Origin: Oscillospiraceae bacterium
Lineage (GTDB): Bacteria; Bacillota; Clostridia; Oscillospirales; Oscillospiraceae
Direction: 5' to 3'
NCBI GenBank assembly: GCA_020025295.1
Contig: JAHHSJ010000005.1
Coordinates: 5,538-69,537 of the forward strand
DNA length: 64,000 nt
The notes under the pieces were generated by a model. It saw only the letters and a program-made list of their open reading frames with translations, had not been told where the DNA came from and made no database searches. Below, one piece after another: positions 54,423 to 62,954 of the stretch. Numbering within the stretch: position 1 is the stretch's first letter; the number at the start of each line of letters is the position of its first letter. Made by a program: the position numbers and the translations under genes.

Positions 54423-54866
54423 TTACGGCTTGTTTGTCTGCTCCACCAGAGAACGGATGAGGTCCTCGTCTGCATGGTGATACAGCACCCCGTTCCACTT
54501 GAGGTTGGGGCCTTTTCCACACAGCCGCATACAGCCGACCTGTCGGACGGTGAAGCCCTCAGGAGAAGTGCCATAGGTGCGCTCCACAAAGGCGGCGAGT
54601 TTTGCACTTCGGGTACAGTTGGGGCCGCCGCACAGCTCCAGACAGTGGGAACCGGAGAGTCGCAGACGGGGAATACGGCGAATGATGGCGTTGAGAAAGG
54701 TTTCCTTGATGTCATATGCCTCAGCGATTTGAGGCAGGACCCAGAGGGGAATGCTGCCCTCGTGCTCGTCCTGCACTTCTTGCAGCAGCTGAATCAGAAC
54801 GGTTTGATTTTTGGGTGCGCCCTGTGACTTAAAGTGGGAGAGCGCTTCTTCCAGTGACCAAGACAT
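54423..54866 (-). CDS. Thioredoxin-like [2Fe-2S] ferredoxin domain protein (NuoE/HndA-like)
   Basis: I trimmed the start to MSWSLEEAL, with GGAGG 8 nt upstream. The Cys pattern CLELCGGPNC...GCMRLCGKGP is present. Confidence 0.7.
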   Translation of the reverse strand: MSWSLEEALSHFKSQGAPKNQTVLIQLLQEVQDEHEGSIPLWVLPQIAEAYDIKETFLNAIIRRIPRLRLSGSHCLELCGGPNCTRSAKLAAFVERTYGTSPEGFTVRQVGCMRLCGKGPNLKWNGVLYHHADEDLIRSLVEQTNKP

Positions 54867-55000
54867 GACCGGAACCTCCATGGCTGTTTTTTGTATGATA
54901 ACAGCTGGACCTGTTTTTGTCCAGTTCGGTTTGCAATCGGAGCCGTTCTGTGCCATAATACACGAATGTGGAAAAATGATTGCAGGGAGGAGGAACGCCA

Positions 55001-56068
55001 ATGGAACAGGAAGAACGGCTGCAGCGAGCTACCGTGCCGCTGCTGGCGTGGTATCAGGAAAATGCCCGGGTGCTGCCGTGGCGCAGTCAGCCGGAGCCCT
55101 ATCGAGTCTGGGTGTCGGAGATCATGCTCCAGCAGACCCGTGTGGCGGCGGTGATCGGCTACTTTGAACGATTTATGTCAACCCTCCCTGCGGTTTCTGA
55201 TTTGGCTCAGGTGCCGGAGGATGAGCTGATGAAGCTCTGGCAGGGACTGGGCTATTATAACCGTGCCCGTAACCTGCAAAAGGCGGCACGCCAGATCATG
55301 GAAGAGCACGGCGGTGAATTCCCCCAGACTTATGAAGAAATTCACGCCTTGGCCGGAATTGGAGATTATACCGCCGGTGCTATTGCGTCCATTGCGTTCG
55401 GTATTCCCGTCCCTGCGGTGGATGGCAATGTGCTTCGGGTGGTCGCCCGAATTCTGGGGGATGAGCGTGATATCTCCCTGCAAAGCACCAAGGACGCCGT
55501 CCGGGAGCTGCTGCTGCAGGTCATTCCCAAGGAGTTCCCCGGAAACTTTAATCAGGCGATGATGGAGTTGGGCGCCACGGTGTGTCTGCCCAACGGAGCC
55601 CCCTTGTGCGACGGGTGCCCGGTGCGGGAATACTGCATTGCCTGTGCGGAGGAACGAACCGACGATCTGCCTCGGAAAGCACCGAAAAAGGGACGAAAGC
55701 TGGAAAACCGTGTGGTTTACCTGCTGTTTCATCAGGGAAAAGTGGCACTGAGGAAACGCCCCAAGAAGGGCTTGCTGGCAGGATTGTGGGAATATCCCAA
55801 TGCGGAAACGGCGGAAGAAGATCCCTTGTCCGGTTGGAAACTCTCTGGAACAGAGCTGGAACGGGGCCTTCGCGGCAAGCATATCTTCAGTCATATTGAA
55901 TGGCATATGGAGGCTGTGGCGCTGGAAACAGAGTCAGATGCCTTGCCAGATGGCTGGGTGTGGGCCGGAAAGCTGGAACTGGATCAGATCTATGCGGTGC
56001 CTAATGCCTTCCGCTTTGTACAGCCGCTGGTGGAGCGGTATTTGGAGAAATGGGAGGGAATCCGATGA
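55001..56068 (+). CDS. mutY: A/G-specific adenine DNA glycosylase
   Basis: LLAWYQENARVLPWR...PYRVWVSEIMLQQTRV, HhH-GPD, the Fe-S loop CLPNGAPLCDGCPVREYC and a C-terminal NUDIX-like domain are present. I trimmed the start to MEQEE (GGAGGAGG upstream). Confidence 0.9.
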   Translation: MEQEERLQRATVPLLAWYQENARVLPWRSQPEPYRVWVSEIMLQQTRVAAVIGYFERFMSTLPAVSDLAQVPEDELMKLWQGLGYYNRARNLQKAARQIMEEHGGEFPQTYEEIHALAGIGDYTAGAIASIAFGIPVPAVDGNVLRVVARILGDERDISLQSTKDAVRELLLQVIPKEFPGNFNQAMMELGATVCLPNGAPLCDGCPVREYCIACAEERTDDLPRKAPKKGRKLENRVVYLLFHQGKVALRKRPKKGLLAGLWEYPNAETAEEDPLSGWKLSGTELERGLRGKHIFSHIEWHMEAVALETESDALPDGWVWAGKLELDQIYAVPNAFRFVQPLVERYLEKWEGIR

Positions 56069-56952
56069 TTTGTACTTTGTGCCCCAGAAACTGTGGGGCA
56101 GAGCGGACGGAAACCGCAGGAAACGGCTTTTGCGGTATGCCGTCTGTGCCGGTTCTGGCTCGAGCTGCTCTCCATATGTGGGAAGAACCGCCGATCTCCG
56201 GCAGCCGTGGTTCCGGCACGATTTTCTTTTCCGGATGCAGTCTGCGGTGTGCGTTCTGCCAAAATGAGCAAATCAGCCGGTATTATTATGGTAAATCAAT
56301 CACCATGGAGCGCTTGCGTGAAATCTGTCAGGAACTGATTGCGCAGGGAGCCCACAATATCAACTTTGTCAATCCCACCCACTATGCCCATGTGATTGCG
56401 GAGCTGCTGGAGAAACCGCTGGGCGTGCCCACGGTGTTCAATACCGGCGGCTATGATAAGATTGAGACCCTCCAAAGGCTGGAGGGTAAAGTGGACATTT
56501 ACCTGCCCGATTTGAAGTATGTGGAAAGCGATACCGCCCAGCGTTATTCCAGAGCGGCAGACTACCCCCAGCGGGCAAAAGCAGCCATTCTGGAGATGTT
56601 CCGTCAGACCGGACCCTGCCAGTTTGACGCAGACGGTATGCTGCAAAAGGGTGTCATTATCCGCCATCTGGTGCTGCCGGGACAGCTGGAAGCAGCCAAG
56701 CAGGTGATGGATTGGGTGAAGGATACCTTTGCCCCCGGCGAGGTGCTGTTTTCCCTCATGAGCCAGTATATCCCTTACGGTCACGCATCGGACTACCCGG
56801 AAATTAACCGCCCTCTCCGCAAGAGTGAGGCCAGAAAGGCCAATGAGTATATGGATCTGATCGGCTTGGACGGCTTTACGCAGGAGCCTGCCTCCGCATC
56901 GGAGCAGTTCATTCCGCCCTTTGATCTCACGGGTGTGGAAAAGAAGGCATAA
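56065..56952 (+). CDS. Radical SAM protein (PflX-like activase family)
   Basis: MICTLCPRNCGAERT... is followed by FFSGCSLRCAFCQN (CxxxCxxC). It forms an ATGA overlap with the mutY stop. Confidence 0.8.
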   Translation: MICTLCPRNCGAERTETAGNGFCGMPSVPVLARAALHMWEEPPISGSRGSGTIFFSGCSLRCAFCQNEQISRYYYGKSITMERLREICQELIAQGAHNINFVNPTHYAHVIAELLEKPLGVPTVFNTGGYDKIETLQRLEGKVDIYLPDLKYVESDTAQRYSRAADYPQRAKAAILEMFRQTGPCQFDADGMLQKGVIIRHLVLPGQLEAAKQVMDWVKDTFAPGEVLFSLMSQYIPYGHASDYPEINRPLRKSEARKANEYMDLIGLDGFTQEPASASEQFIPPFDLTGVEKKA

Positions 56953-56985
56953 GGCGGCACAGTAAAAGCGAATCTCAGAAACATA

Positions 56986-57021
56986 AAACGGAGTGTATCG
57001 GTCGTTGATACACTCCGTTTT
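56986..57021 (+). terminator. Intrinsic terminator after the radical SAM gene
   Basis: The sequence is AAAACGGAGTGTATC-ggtcgtt-GATACACTCCGTTTTT. Confidence 0.8.
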
Positions 57022-57029
57022 TGCGTTGC

Positions 57030-57215
57030 GGAGATAAATTCACCAGCTCTTCGACCAGACGCCGAAGCTTGCTGGTTTCAACAGATGGTCTGTCTCTGTT
57101 TTTCTTGACGATGTCAATGACCTCGCCCAATTCTCCAATCATCCGGAGAACTTTGTTCTTGCTGTTCTCGGGGCAAATGGGTTCCCACTTGTCCTTTAAA
57201 TTCAAATGCTTATAG
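57030..57215 (-). pseudogene. Possible remnant of a MazG-like nucleotide pyrophosphohydrolase gene
   Basis: The minus-strand frame reads KDKWEPICPENSKNKVLRMIGELGEVIDIVKK...LRRLVEELVNL, resembling the first EExxE helix pair of small MazG proteins. It lacks a credible start and runs into the terminator hairpin. Confidence 0.25.
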
Positions 57216-57236
57216 CACAAAGAGGGAAGATAGATC

Positions 57237-57270
57237 AAAAAAAGAGCCTGTCCAACGGACAGGCTCTTTT
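57237..57270 (-). terminator. Intrinsic terminator after rpsR (minus strand)
   Basis: The hairpin AGAGCCTGTCC-gttg-GGACAGGCTCT is followed by TTTTTTT on the minus strand. Confidence 0.8.
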
Positions 57271-57281
57271 GAGACTTGCAA

Positions 57282-57515
57282 TTAGTCAACCACGTAGGGC
57301 AGCAGAGCAATCTGACGAGCACGCTTGATAGCGGTGGTCAGCTCACGCTGATGCATAGCGCAGGTGCCGGTGGTACGGCGAGGCAGGATCTTACCACGCT
57401 CGGAAATGTAACGGCGCAGCTTGTTGGTATCCTTGTAATCAATGCTCTGAACCTTATCGACACAGAAAACGCAAACTTTTCTACGCTTGCGAGCACGAGT
57501 ACGATCAAAAGCCAT
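57282..57515 (-). CDS. rpsR: 30S ribosomal protein S18
   Basis: The sequence is [58 protein letters not shown] trimmed the start to the ATG with GGAGG upstream. Confidence 0.95.
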   Translation of the reverse strand: MAFDRTRARKRRKVCVFCVDKVQSIDYKDTNKLRRYISERGKILPRRTTGTCAMHQRELTTAIKRARQIALLPYVVD

Positions 57516-57572
57516 AATGAAACCTCCTATCATCGAGTTGTTTTAGAAAAATACGCCGGGGCGTATCTGAAA

Positions 57573-58034
57573 TCAGAACGGCAGTTCACCGTCGTCATCG
57601 CTCAGCTCAGCGAAGTCGCTGGCCGGAGCGGAACCAAAGCCCTGGTTCGCAGGGGGAGCGTAACTGGGAGCAGAAGCAGGGGCATAGCCACCGGCGGCAT
57701 TGTCGCTCTGCTGACGGGAGTCGGCAAAGTAGACATTGTCTGCGACGATCTCAGCGCTGCGGCGCTTATTACCGTCACGATCCTGCCAGTCACGCATCTG
57801 CAGCCGGCCTTCCACAACAGCCATGCGGCCCTTCTGGAAGTACTTGGACACGAACTCACCGGTCTGGCGCCAAGCGACAACATCAATGAAGTCGGTGGTG
57901 CGCTGACCGCTGGTCTTGTCGCGGAAGTCCCGCTCCACAGCAAGGGAGAAGGAAGCAACCGCGGTGCCGGTGCCGGTGTGACGCAGTTCGGGGTCACGCA
58001 CAAGGCGACCCATCAGAATAACACGATTCAGCAT
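57573..58034 (-). CDS. ssb: Single-stranded DNA-binding protein
   Basis: The MLNRVILMGRLVRDPELR OB-fold is followed by a Gly/Pro/Ala-rich linker and the acidic tip DDDGELPF. Confidence 0.95.
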   Translation of the reverse strand: MLNRVILMGRLVRDPELRHTGTGTAVASFSLAVERDFRDKTSGQRTTDFIDVVAWRQTGEFVSKYFQKGRMAVVEGRLQMRDWQDRDGNKRRSAEIVADNVYFADSRQQSDNAAGGYAPASAPSYAPPANQGFGSAPASDFAELSDDDGELPF

Positions 58035-58047
58035 AGGAATTCGCTCC

Positions 58048-58347
58048 TTACTGCTCGTCCTTGCAGACGACCAGGGAACGGATCACGCCCTCAGTGATGT
58101 TGGCAACACGCTCAACCTCAGCGGGCAGACCGGGAACGGAGTTAAAGCTGTACAGCACATAGTAACCCTCGGCGATGTGGTTGATCTCGTACGCCAGACG
58201 ACGAGTGCCCCATTCATCAACCTCGGCCAGAGTGCCGTTCTCCTCGATCAGAGTCTTGAACTTCTCCACGGTCTTGGCGATGGCCTCCTCACCCAGAGCG
58301 GGGTTGATGACCAGCATAGCCTCATAATTTGCATTGACCTTAGCCAT
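58048..58347 (-). CDS. rpsF: 30S ribosomal protein S6
   Basis: The sequence is MAKVNANYEAMLVINPALGEE...WGTRRLAYEI. I trimmed the start to the ATG with AAGGAGGTG upstream. Confidence 0.95.
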   Translation of the reverse strand: MAKVNANYEAMLVINPALGEEAIAKTVEKFKTLIEENGTLAEVDEWGTRRLAYEINHIAEGYYVLYSFNSVPGLPAEVERVANITEGVIRSLVVCKDEQ

Positions 58348-58534
58348 TGATTTGCACCTCCTTATGGACAAATGGCCTCCATCCTTGTGATGGAAGCAAG
58401 GAAAAATTTCTGCAAGTGCGCCTATCATTGCACACTAGCTCATCTATAATAGCAGATATGAGAAAAAAGTCAAGGATTTTCCTGAAATATTTCAAAAAAC
58501 CGCCTGATCCGAAGAAACAGGCGGTTTTGAAGTG

Positions 58535-59056
58535 TTATGAAATTCGATCCAGACGATTAGGGGCGACCAGCTCCCGGAAATACGAGATGCGGGGCAGCAT
58601 CTGAATCAGCAGCAGACCCAGCGTGTAGCAGGCCAGCAGCTCACCGAGGCCGACGGTTGCGGCGTTGTAGAGCATCGCCGTGGGGAAGGCAGAGGTGAAG
58701 CCGGTTTCCAGCCATGCGATTTCAGCGCCGATAATGACCATGTTGCAGATCACCGGGGGCAGCGGAGCCAGCCACTTGTTTTTGAGCTTGCTGGTCCAGA
58801 TGGCGGCCAGCAGGGTAGCCAGTGTACCCACCAGCCAGTCAATGGCATAGGGGGAGCCTGCCAGGTTTGCGATAAAGCAGCCCACGGCCAGACCGGGAAT
58901 GGTCTCCGGCAGGAAGAAGGGCAGAACGGTCATGGCTTCGGAGAAGCGGATCTGCAGGGGGCCGTAAGAAGCGAAGGGAAGGGCGAGGGTCAGGAGCGCA
59001 TACAGCGCACCAATCACGCCTCCAACACACAGACGGCGGGTAGTAGTTTTTCTCAT
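58535..59056 (-). CDS. queT: QueT family queuosine-precursor transporter (ECF S-component-like, COG4708)
   Basis: The 173-aa ORF has 5 TM helices, RRLCVGGVIGALYALLTLALPFASYGPLQIRFSEAMTVLPFF and PGLAVGCFIANL. Confidence 0.75.
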   Translation of the reverse strand: MRKTTTRRLCVGGVIGALYALLTLALPFASYGPLQIRFSEAMTVLPFFLPETIPGLAVGCFIANLAGSPYAIDWLVGTLATLLAAIWTSKLKNKWLAPLPPVICNMVIIGAEIAWLETGFTSAFPTAMLYNAATVGLGELLACYTLGLLLIQMLPRISYFRELVAPNRLDRIS

Positions 59057-59165
59057 ATTCAGTTACCTCCATTTTATATTTAGAGTACGGATGAGAAGGC
59101 CGTACAGCGGCACAGTGTGCCGGTTGGACCGGGTGTGGAGAACCGGTCGAGGGGTATCCTAACAT
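59057..59165 (-). promoter_or_regulatory. Structured 5' leader of queT; candidate preQ1-class riboswitch (class not assignable by eye)
   Basis: Three consecutive hairpins lie on the minus strand: GACCGG...CCGGUC at 59127-59148, CGGCAC-ACU-GUGCCG at 59108-59122 and GUACGG-CCUUCUCAU-CCGUAC at 59085-59105. The loop of the last one (CCUUC) can pair with the SD GGAGG at 59067-59071. Confidence 0.4.
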
Positions 59166-59257
59166 AAAAAGCGAAAAAACGCAATCATTTCAAAGAATTT
59201 GCGGAAGATTGTTTCCTGTGATAAAATAGCGGTACCAAAGGGAAAGGTTCTGATGGG

Positions 59258-60079
59258 ATGCTGAATCGAGCGATCATGGTGACGGAGGAATCCCTCCGCC
59301 CTTACTTGAATACCCGTGTGGTGGGCAGTAAACTGATTTTCCGAGAAGAAACCGGTTCCACCAACGACGATTTGAAACGGCTGGCGCAGGAAGGGGCAGC
59401 GGACGGTACCGTGGAGATAGCGGAGCAGCAGACTTCCGGTCGGGGACGGCTGGGGCGTTCCTTCCAGTCTCCGGCGCAGAAAGGACTGTATCTTTCGGTG
59501 CTGCTGCGCCCCCAAATCAAGGCAGAGCAGGCCATCAACTTCACCGCCGTGGCAGCAACCGCCATGTGCGATGCGCTGGAGCAGGCGGTGGGTGTCCGTC
59601 CGGGCATCAAATGGACCAACGATCTGCTGATGGGTGACCGGAAAATCTGCGGTATCCTGACGGAGCTGGGTGCAGACTATCAGACCGGCATGGTGGACTA
59701 CATCGTGCTGGGTATCGGACTCAATGTGAATGAGTGCGAGGACGAATTTGCCCCGGAGCTTCGCTCGATTGCCGGCAGCATCGCTATGGCTACCGGACGG
59801 CAATGGGACCGTGCCCCCATTCTGGCTGCGGTGCTGAACGCCTTGGATCGGGTGTATGCCGATTGGCAGGAGGGCCGCTGGAGTGTCGATCGCTATCGTG
59901 CAGACTGCACCACCATCGGAAAGCCGGTGCGAGTCATTCGGGGCGATGAGGTCAAAAATGCGGTGGCTGAGGCGGTGGACGATGCATTTGCTCTGGTGGT
60001 GCGATATGAGGACGGCACACGGGAGCACGTGTTTACCGGCGAAGTGACCGTCCGAGGTCAGGACGGTTACGCAAAATAA
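59258..60079 (+). CDS. birA: Biotin--[acetyl-CoA-carboxylase] ligase (class I, no N-terminal HTH)
   Basis: EETGSTNDDLK...QTSGRGRLGRSF (the GRGRxGR motif)...KWTNDLL..RKICGILTE is present in a 273-aa ORF. Confidence 0.85.
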   Translation: MLNRAIMVTEESLRPYLNTRVVGSKLIFREETGSTNDDLKRLAQEGAADGTVEIAEQQTSGRGRLGRSFQSPAQKGLYLSVLLRPQIKAEQAINFTAVAATAMCDALEQAVGVRPGIKWTNDLLMGDRKICGILTELGADYQTGMVDYIVLGIGLNVNECEDEFAPELRSIAGSIAMATGRQWDRAPILAAVLNALDRVYADWQEGRWSVDRYRADCTTIGKPVRVIRGDEVKNAVAEAVDDAFALVVRYEDGTREHVFTGEVTVRGQDGYAK

Positions 60080-60116
60080 TTTAATCAAGTTTACATAATC
60101 AATCTGAGAACGAGGA

Positions 60117-60650
60117 GTGAGTTCCGTGGAAGAACTGTATGAGAGCGGCTATCAGTATTTCAGAACATTTTTAGAACCGGGGGAACAGATTCTGTGGCAG
60201 GGTCAGCCCGGTCCGGGCAAGCGGAGAAACTCGAAAGCCGTGCCCGTGCTGTTCAGCGTTCTGTGGTTGGGCTTTTCCCTGTTTTGGGAGGTGCTGGCGG
60301 TGAAAAGCCAGCAGATTGTGATGATTTTGTTCGGCCTTCCCTTTATTTTGGTGGGTCTCCATATCACCTTCGGCAATGCCGTAAAGCAGTCCCGACTGAA
60401 AGGAAAGGAGTTCTATGCGGTGACGGACCGGCGTCTGCTGATCCGGGAAGGCGACGATGTGCAAATGTACACTCCGGAGATGCTGCCGCCTATGATGATC
60501 CACCGGAACAAAAACGGCACCAGTACGATTTCCTTTACCAGAAGTTTCTATGCCAATGGCAAGTATTACAGTGAAGGCTGCACTTTGGAAAATCTGACGG
60601 ATGTCGCTCAGGCTCAGAGTGCTCTGAACCGGATGCTGGCGGAGAAATAA
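60117..60650 (+). CDS. Hypothetical membrane protein (two central TM helices flanked by soluble segments)
   Basis: The 177-aa ORF has a GTG start. I recognise no motif. Confidence 0.5.
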   Translation: MSSVEELYESGYQYFRTFLEPGEQILWQGQPGPGKRRNSKAVPVLFSVLWLGFSLFWEVLAVKSQQIVMILFGLPFILVGLHITFGNAVKQSRLKGKEFYAVTDRRLLIREGDDVQMYTPEMLPPMMIHRNKNGTSTISFTRSFYANGKYYSEGCTLENLTDVAQAQSALNRMLAEK

Positions 60651-60717
60651 GACAAATGGAAAAATATAAGCGGGAGAGCAAGGTTGATTGCTCTCCCGCT
60701 TTTTGCGTAATTGTGGT

Positions 60718-61380
60718 TTATTCGTCTCGTTTTCGGGCCAGTGTGACGCAGACCACCTCGCCGCACCCGGCGGTTTTCAGTGTTCTGGCGCATTCGGACA
60801 GAGTGGAGCCGGTGGTCACGATGTCGTCGACCAGCAGAATGCGCTTACCCTTGATTGCAGCCTTGGGCAGCACGGTGTAAGCATCCAAAAGAATGGCGGC
60901 ACGAACTGCCTTGTCTCCGCCGGAGCGGGAAAGGGGCTTTCGGTGAGCTTTTCGCAGGGTTGGAACCAGCGGCAGACCAAGCTTCCGGGCAATCTCCTGC
61001 GCCAGCAGCTCCGATTGGTCATAGTTTCGTTTCCAGCGCCGCAGGCGGCTGATGGGACACCAAGTGACCAGATCGAAGTCCGGCGACCGTTCCCGAAGCA
61101 GATAATCTGCCATCCATGGGCCGTAGTGCTTGGCATAGTGGCTAAAACCGCTGAATTTGTAGCGCAGAAAGGAAGCTCGCAGCGGCTCCTCGTAGTAAAA
61201 GGGCGCATAACAGGCCTCGAAAAAGTCACCGTGTACCGGAGTGTGAACGGTCACATAGGGCAGCTTTCTGGCACAGTCCGGGCAGATAAAATCGGATAAT
61301 CCGATTATTTTACGACAGATGATACATCTGGAGGGGAAGAGAAGCTGACCGAAGGTAGGCAGCTGTCGTTTGCGATCCAT
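60718..61380 (-). CDS. comFC: ComF family protein (phosphoribosyltransferase domain, ComFC-like)
   Basis: The N-terminal zinc-ribbon cysteines (CIICRK...CPDC) and the PRT motif ILLVDDIVTTGSTL are present. Confidence 0.8.
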   Translation of the reverse strand: MDRKRQLPTFGQLLFPSRCIICRKIIGLSDFICPDCARKLPYVTVHTPVHGDFFEACYAPFYYEEPLRASFLRYKFSGFSHYAKHYGPWMADYLLRERSPDFDLVTWCPISRLRRWKRNYDQSELLAQEIARKLGLPLVPTLRKAHRKPLSRSGGDKAVRAAILLDAYTVLPKAAIKGKRILLVDDIVTTGSTLSECARTLKTAGCGEVVCVTLARKRDE

Positions 61381-61432
61381 AGTCTGTTCACCTCATGATT
61401 GATGAGATGATTATACCGAAAACCGGGGGAAT

Positions 61433-62797
61433 TTACAACGCCAGCGTACCGTTTTCGTCCTCCAGCAGAATGAGAATCTTCTGTTCTGCACCGGTTTCCC
61501 CGTTGATGCAGACCACATAATGCTGGCCGTTGTCTGCCTCGCAGATATACTCCCAGCACAGCACCTCGTATTCGCCGTCGGTGGGAATCCACGCCAGCTG
61601 CTCCTTGAGAATGGTCAGACGAGGGGACACCTTGGTTTTCGCCTCCTCGGAGGAAATGGCAGGAGGGTCGGCAGAACGCTCATGATGGTTGGAAAGGTAG
61701 GAGGTGGATTCAAAGGCCACAATGCCGCCGTTGTCCAGCGCAATGGTGATGCTGCAAAGGTCGGGATAGCAGAGAACATCTCCCTGCCGATGGGCAAAGT
61801 TGATGGTCAACCGTCCGCTGTGGTCATAGTAGTAGGTGGGCTCCATGGTTTCATAGCCATTGCGTTCCAGAAAGGCGCCGGCAATGGCGATGGCTTCCTC
61901 TTCAGAGATGGTAGGGGAGCCGACAGGACGGGAGTTGGTGATGCCCATGACCAGGCCGCCCGCCTTGGTGACAATGCAGTTCAGTTCGCCGCCGTCCACT
62001 GCGGCAGACAGGGCATAAGCGGGAATTTCGCCCTCAATGGCGTGTTCCACCTGAAACAGATCTTCTCGAAGCTCCAGACAGGCAGCGGCGGAGGCAATGG
62101 CCTGCTGTTCGGTCACCTCTGGAAGCGGTTCCAGCACCTTGGGCTGGCTGCTGGCCAGATGGTCAGAGAAGGGGCCGTCGTAGGTCATGGTGGGCACATC
62201 CGGGAAGTGGTTTTCCACCAGCTCAAAGTCGCTGCCGGCGATTTCGGTGTCCCCTTCGGTAAGCTGACTCATGCGCTGCTTTACCTCTTCTACACTGTGC
62301 AGGGACATACTGCCGTCATTGAGCTGAGTTTCCAGTTCTTCCAGCTGCTGGGAAAGCTGGGAGGACACCAGAGAGAGGGAGTTGAGGTTGTCCATTTCCT
62401 CTTCGCTGAGTCCGCCGTTGGCGGCTGCCGCACGGGACAGAGCCGAGGAATAATCCCCCACCTTGGAGAGGAAGGAGGCGGTCTGCTCCAATTCAATGTT
62501 GGCGTAGGGAAGGGCAGCCATGGCCTGCTGAGCGGTGGCGGCTTCCGATTGGATTTCTGCGCTGAACTGGGCAATCATAGCCGGGGAAGTGACATACAGC
62601 TCCTTCTGCATGGCGGAGTCAATGCGGTTCACGCTGGTCACCACCTGAGAGAAGGCACGGAGATAGTCGGCAGCGATGGCCCGTTCATAGGCTGCCGCCT
62701 TGGATTGCATCCGCAGCAGACCGCCCAGCAGGACGATCAGGGCGGCGCCGACATAGGAATAAATGCGGATCATGGTCCGCTGAGATAGCTTGTGCAT
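61433..62797 (-). CDS. ypeB: Germination protein YpeB-like (N-terminal TM helix, YpeB region, PepSY repeats)
   Basis: The 454-aa ORF has SKVGDYSSALSR and C-terminal PepSY-like repeats, giving the overall layout of YpeB. Confidence 0.65.
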   Translation of the reverse strand: MHKLSQRTMIRIYSYVGAALIVLLGGLLRMQSKAAAYERAIAADYLRAFSQVVTSVNRIDSAMQKELYVTSPAMIAQFSAEIQSEAATAQQAMAALPYANIELEQTASFLSKVGDYSSALSRAAAANGGLSEEEMDNLNSLSLVSSQLSQQLEELETQLNDGSMSLHSVEEVKQRMSQLTEGDTEIAGSDFELVENHFPDVPTMTYDGPFSDHLASSQPKVLEPLPEVTEQQAIASAAACLELREDLFQVEHAIEGEIPAYALSAAVDGGELNCIVTKAGGLVMGITNSRPVGSPTISEEEAIAIAGAFLERNGYETMEPTYYYDHSGRLTINFAHRQGDVLCYPDLCSITIALDNGGIVAFESTSYLSNHHERSADPPAISSEEAKTKVSPRLTILKEQLAWIPTDGEYEVLCWEYICEADNGQHYVVCINGETGAEQKILILLEDENGTLAL

Positions 62798-62909
62798 AAA
62801 GTCAGCCCCTTTGCAGTGTTAAAAATAGTTTGCTAAGGAAAGGTTGCGCAAAGAGCGTGAAAATATCAACAAGCAGGGCTGATAAATTTTACCATTGGGG
62901 AGAAAATGC

Positions 62910-62952
62910 AAAAAAACACCGCTCAGAGCCTGAGCGGTGTTTTGGGTTTTTT
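62910..62952 (-). terminator. Intrinsic terminator after gltX (minus strand)
   Basis: The hairpin ACACCGCTCAG-gctc-TGAGCGGTGT is followed by TTTTTTT on the minus strand. Confidence 0.8.
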
Positions 62953-62954
62953 GT

